From Pirellulaceae bacterium (GTDB lineage: Bacteria; Planctomycetota; Planctomycetia; Pirellulales; Pirellulaceae), in the NCBI GenBank assembly GCA_019636385.1, contig JAHBXT010000005.1, forward strand, positions 215,925 to 279,924: DNA of 64,000 nucleotides, in the 5' to 3' direction. Position numbers and translations under genes: made by a program. Shown piece after piece: positions 60,153 to 64,000 of this stretch (position 1 is its first letter; every line of letters starts with the position of its first letter). The notes beneath the pieces were generated by a model that had not been told where the DNA came from, did no database searches, and saw nothing but the letters and a program-made list of their open reading frames with translations.

Positions 60153-60980
60153 GGGGATGCTCCTGAGTTGTCAAAAATGACCAAGCCGCTTCGAACGCAG
60201 TGAATCATGCTTAAATCTGCCTACCGCGTGCCAGCACTACCAACTCTACCACCTGACAAGCGGTTGTTCGCGTCGAAGCAACAAATTGTAAAAGTTTGCG
60301 TTTAGGTAATCTTGTCCGTCATTTCCGCAAGGTTTGATACTAATCACCAGCCGACGAAAATCTACTGATCAAAACCTGCAAAGACAACGGGCCGGTCTCC
60401 TCGATTCCTCCAACGTACGGAAGCGGGGTGAGTACGCCTTCTGGCTTGACTCAACCATCACCGCTGCAGCTCGCACATCAGCAAATCTAATGCTTCCCTT
60501 AATGGTGCTAGAGAGCGCCCACGCATGCGGCCAAGGGCGCACACGTGCCACTTGAGTTGTACCTTTGCACTGTGGGCACAGACGCATTCGGACAACCCAA
60601 CTAGTCCATTCCCCGAGCCGTGTGGAACAACGTCTGATACCAAATCAGACGAGCGAAACAGAGTTACCCGCCACCAGTGAGATATCACCCCCGCGTCAGC
60701 TTGACGACCGGACTACATTACCTAGGCGAGCTACAATTCCCCGTGTTCCGCCAAATTTGTCAGTCAGCTTACTCCACTGACATCAACAAATTGACCACAT
60801 TGCCGCGCCGCAGGCCTCATGCCAAACGGAGGGTGCGCACAAAAGTTACCGTCCGGGACTGCAAGTCACCAGGTAGTAGCCCTTGTTTCGCATTCAGCTA
60901 ATTCTAACTACGCTAATGGTCCGGTCCAGTGTCCGCAGTGCATTGTTTGTAAACTTGCCATCAATGAAAGCGATTCGAGA

Positions 60981-61574
60981 ATGCAGCGCGTGTTAACTTG
61001 TGAGTGTGGGAAAAAGATTGTCGTTACTTCCGCCCAGGCAGGCCGACAGGTCACCTGCGAGAGTTGCAATCGCCAGAACCATGTCCCCACGCTTCGGGGG
61101 TTGGCTCAGTTACCTGAAATCATTGTCGACGGCATCGATTCTGCCGCAAGTTTGTCGCCAAAAACAAACGCATCTCCATGGGGATGGCGTGGCCCAGTCT
61201 TTGCGATCCTGGCTTTGGTTTGGTTGATCTCCCTGACTATCGGTGGCTATTACCTGAAGAACTGGTGGCAAGTTGATACTTCCATTCGAGTACAGATGGG
61301 TGAAAAGACTTTTGTTATCAACTCGATCGAGTCAAACCTGGCGTTTCAATACGAACTGTTGGACCATGCTGGGGCCGATGAACTAAGCAAGTTGTGGGAC
61401 GACTATTCCAACACCTACCTACGGCACCCCATTCCGCCTTATTACAAGCAATTGGCAGACTATTCGGCCTCCACACTCAGAAAAGTGGCAATTTCCTTGC
61501 TCGTAACGGCGATGCTGTCTTTGGCCATCGCCGGATTGTGGCTCAGTGCAAAACGTCACGTTCCAACCAACTAA
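60981..61574 (+). CDS. Hypothetical membrane protein with N-terminal zinc ribbon
   Basis: CECG..CESC followed by two TM helices. Confidence 0.75.
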   Translation: MQRVLTCECGKKIVVTSAQAGRQVTCESCNRQNHVPTLRGLAQLPEIIVDGIDSAASLSPKTNASPWGWRGPVFAILALVWLISLTIGGYYLKNWWQVDTSIRVQMGEKTFVINSIESNLAFQYELLDHAGADELSKLWDDYSNTYLRHPIPPYYKQLADYSASTLRKVAISLLVTAMLSLAIAGLWLSAKRHVPTN

Positions 61575-61816
61575 TCCATCGCTGTCGCGCGACTTGGCTT
61601 TCCGTATTGGCCGCTCAGTTGGTCAGTATGCGGCAATTCTGGCCTTGGCAAGTTTTCTTTGCCGGTTGCCGTTGGTTGCTGTTCCCGAACCGTTTGCACG
61701 TAGTTCTGGGGGCGGATTTTCCTGGTGCCATAGTTCCCCGATAGCGTTCCAGACTGCATAATCAGCCCCCAACACCACACCGCGTTTGGTTGGGTTGAAT
61801 CAATTTCCACGGCTCA

Positions 61817-62383
61817 ATGCAATTCCTGGCAATGCAATCGTTGTACACTCTCGATCCTCACAGCCTGACCGACCCTGAAATCCTGTGCATACGGGATCAG
61901 GCAATAGCGCAACTTCGGTGGGCCAGAGACTACACCATGGAGTTGGTGAGCAGGCTGCCGCATGAATCTTGGTATGTGATTCCTAGCGGACTCTCGACTC
62001 ACATGGCGTGGCAAGTCGGACACTTGGCTGTCGCAGAATATGGATTGATGTTGTTTCGACAGCGAGGTCGTGCCGAAGGCGATGTGCAGTTAATGCCTGG
62101 CTGGCTGCGGAAGCAGTTTGGTCGTGGGTCGCAACCGGCCGTCTCCAGTGCCGATATGCCTACGCCCGAACAACTTCTGGAGCATCTGGGCGCGATCCAT
62201 CGCCAAGCCATCCTTGAGGCATCGCAATTGACTGTAACGACGTTGCGCCAGCCATGCGACATTCCGTATTGTGTTTATCCAACAAAACTCGGTGCTCTGA
62301 TGATGGCTCCAATCCACGAAGGCATCCACGCCGGTCAAATTGGCTTGGTCCGCCGAGGCCATGGTTTAGAATCTTTGCGTTAA
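61817..62383 (+). CDS. DinB/YfiT-like family protein
   Basis: HMAWQVGHL and HEGIHAGQI metal-binding histidines. Confidence 0.85.
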   Translation: MQFLAMQSLYTLDPHSLTDPEILCIRDQAIAQLRWARDYTMELVSRLPHESWYVIPSGLSTHMAWQVGHLAVAEYGLMLFRQRGRAEGDVQLMPGWLRKQFGRGSQPAVSSADMPTPEQLLEHLGAIHRQAILEASQLTVTTLRQPCDIPYCVYPTKLGALMMAPIHEGIHAGQIGLVRRGHGLESLR

Positions 62384-62396
62384 TAGGCCTAAGCTC

Positions 62397-62654
62397 ATGC
62401 TGCGCACGATCAAATGGTTGATTTGGGGACTGTTAATTCTTTTAGCAGTGATCGTCAGTTTTCAGAATTTGACCCCAATCCAAGTTCGATTCCTGCTGGC
62501 CCAAGCTGAGTTGCCTCAGGCAGTTGTGCTGGCTTCGGCACTGGCCTTAGGATTTGTCATTGGGTTGCTGACCAGCGCATTGTGGCGCGTAAGAGCCTGG
62601 CGAGCCAAAGCCGCGCGGGAGAAACAGCATGCCAACAGTGACACGCAAACCTAA
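62397..62654 (+). CDS. LapA (DUF1049)-like small membrane protein
   Basis: SFQN..I.V.F..P..V..LALGFVIGLL pattern. Confidence 0.8.
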   Translation: MLRTIKWLIWGLLILLAVIVSFQNLTPIQVRFLLAQAELPQAVVLASALALGFVIGLLTSALWRVRAWRAKAAREKQHANSDTQT

Positions 62655-62687
62655 AATCCTGACGAGCCGTATCCTGCCGAGCTTGCA

Positions 62688-63713
62688 ATGGACTTTGTAG
62701 CAATCGACTTCGAGACAGCCAATCGACATGCGGACAGTGCATGTCAGTTGGCAGCGGTCGTCGTACGGGACTCTCAAATCGTTGCCGAGCATTCGTGGCT
62801 GATTCGTCCCGCTGGCAACTATTTCTCGTCTTTCAACATTTCCGTGCACGGTATTCGCCCTGCTGACGTGATCGACAGCCCAACTATGGACCAGGTGTGG
62901 CCCGAGTTTTGGTCATTGGTAGCTGACCAGACTTTGGTCGCCCACAACGCTCGGTTTGACATCGGCGTGCTAGTCGCCAGCTTGGCTGCTTACGATATTG
63001 CTTGCCCTCAGCTTGAATACACCTGTACTCGACTGCTATCACAGATAGTCTGGCCAGGTCGCGAACGCTATGGCCTCAAGCCCCTCGGCCAATGGTTAGG
63101 CATCGAGTTCAAGCATCACGACGCACTGGAGGATGCTCGTTGCTGCGCGTCCATTATTCTGGCGATCCAAGACGCCTGCGGCGTTCCGAGTGGTCTGGCA
63201 GAACTGGAAGCAGGCTTGCGAGTCTCCCGCGGATGCTACCGGCACGGTCGCTTGGTCTCGCCACGCCGCTTGGATCGCAGCCGAAAAAAACAAAGCCAAC
63301 TGCGGGCGTTGCAACCCAGTTGTGATCGTGCGGGTTTCCCTCAGCAACGTGCACTGGGCGGGGTGTGTGTAGATTCAATTCGACGCGCCTGCGACGAGCA
63401 ACCGTTAGCGGGCAAGTTCATCGTCATGTTAGGGCCGCTGCGCGGACTAAATATGCAACAATCGGTTCAGTTAGTTACCGACCTGGGTGCCCAGGTTCAG
63501 CAGCAAATTGACGGCTCTACACATTATGTTGTGGCTTGTGGTGCCGCCATCTCGGAGGCTCAGCGCTACCTGGCAAATGCCTTACTCAGACTGGCGACAC
63601 CTTCCGGCCAAAAGCACGATTCAGCGGCGATATTGCCTCCCGATCGAATTCGAGTATTGAGCGAGCGTCAGTTTCGGGCTCTTGTGCCCGGAGCAGCAGC
63701 AGATAGATGGTAG
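62688..63713 (+). CDS. DEDDh 3'-5' exonuclease (DnaQ-like) with BRCT-like C-terminus
   Basis: AIDFETAN, VAHNARFD, HHDALEDA; PLAGKFIVMLG..LGAQV..THYVV. Confidence 0.88.
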   Translation: MDFVAIDFETANRHADSACQLAAVVVRDSQIVAEHSWLIRPAGNYFSSFNISVHGIRPADVIDSPTMDQVWPEFWSLVADQTLVAHNARFDIGVLVASLAAYDIACPQLEYTCTRLLSQIVWPGRERYGLKPLGQWLGIEFKHHDALEDARCCASIILAIQDACGVPSGLAELEAGLRVSRGCYRHGRLVSPRRLDRSRKKQSQLRALQPSCDRAGFPQQRALGGVCVDSIRRACDEQPLAGKFIVMLGPLRGLNMQQSVQLVTDLGAQVQQQIDGSTHYVVACGAAISEAQRYLANALLRLATPSGQKHDSAAILPPDRIRVLSERQFRALVPGAAADRW

Positions 63714-63777
63714 CTAAACAGCATCGCCCGATGCCTGCGGCCAATCGTGCGTGCGAGTGGATGATTCAGCAAAGGGC

Positions 63778-63999
63778 TCAGCATCCTGGCCGGGGTTCAT
63801 CTTGGCCGTATGCCAGATCCTTTGAGTGCGGTTCAGCGCTCGGTGAGGCGACGCCTGTTCGCGCAGGAACTGGCGGAACATCCAGCGCGCCTGCTTGGTC
63901 TTCACCCGTGACAAATTCGCCACCGACTGTCTCGATGCTGATGTCGCCCGGTAAATTGATGATGACCTCGTTCTCCCATTGCGAACCTCGCAGATCCGC
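63778..63999 (-). CDS. C-terminal end of an unidentified protein (5' part outside window)
   Basis: Open frame ADLRGSQWENEVIINLPGDISIE.. to TGA at 63778; a second minus frame is also open. Confidence 0.45.
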   Translation of the reverse strand, partial: ADLRGSQWENEVIINLPGDISIETVGGEFVTGEDQAGALDVPPVPARTGVASPSAEPHSKDLAYGQDEPRPGC

Positions 64000-64000
64000 C

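Noticed and set aside
1-64000. CRISPR arrays, tRNA/rRNA genes, integrases, phage or anti-phage genes
   Set aside because: I saw no regularly spaced repeats, cloverleaf or rRNA signatures, or matching protein motifs.

Overview
This 64-kb window looks like chromosomal DNA from a planctomycete, probably Pirellulaceae-like. That call is an inference from the DUF1559 prepilin-like genes, the Tat oxidoreductase, the FGE-domain protein and several lineage-typical hypothetical proteins. It is mostly core genome: mobA, carboxypeptidase M32, apbE, selO, mnmG, ispF, argG, nadD, priA, ABC transporters, an ECF sigma and an RpoD-like sigma. It also holds a flagellar operon (fliG-like, fliH, fliI, fliJ, ylxF/flbB-like, fliK, flgD, flgE), two tandem DUF1559+lipoprotein cassettes, a decayed ISAs1 fragment and a GTACTC-unit palindrome. 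I found no tRNA, rRNA, CRISPR array, prophage or defence system. The strongest leads are: (1) a FliG-like protein lacking the torque-generating charged residues, with a lipoprotein and a possibly LolA-like gene upstream where fliF usually sits; (2) a three-gene exported module of two paralogues with an unnamed domain plus a DUF11 lipoprotein, followed by an ADP-ribosylglycohydrolase homologue lacking its catalytic aspartates; (3) a double-sized FlgE with a two-repeat insertion; (4) an ECF sigma locus with a candidate ECF promoter, long leader and small ORF. All protein assignments come from motif recognition by eye, and no database search was run.
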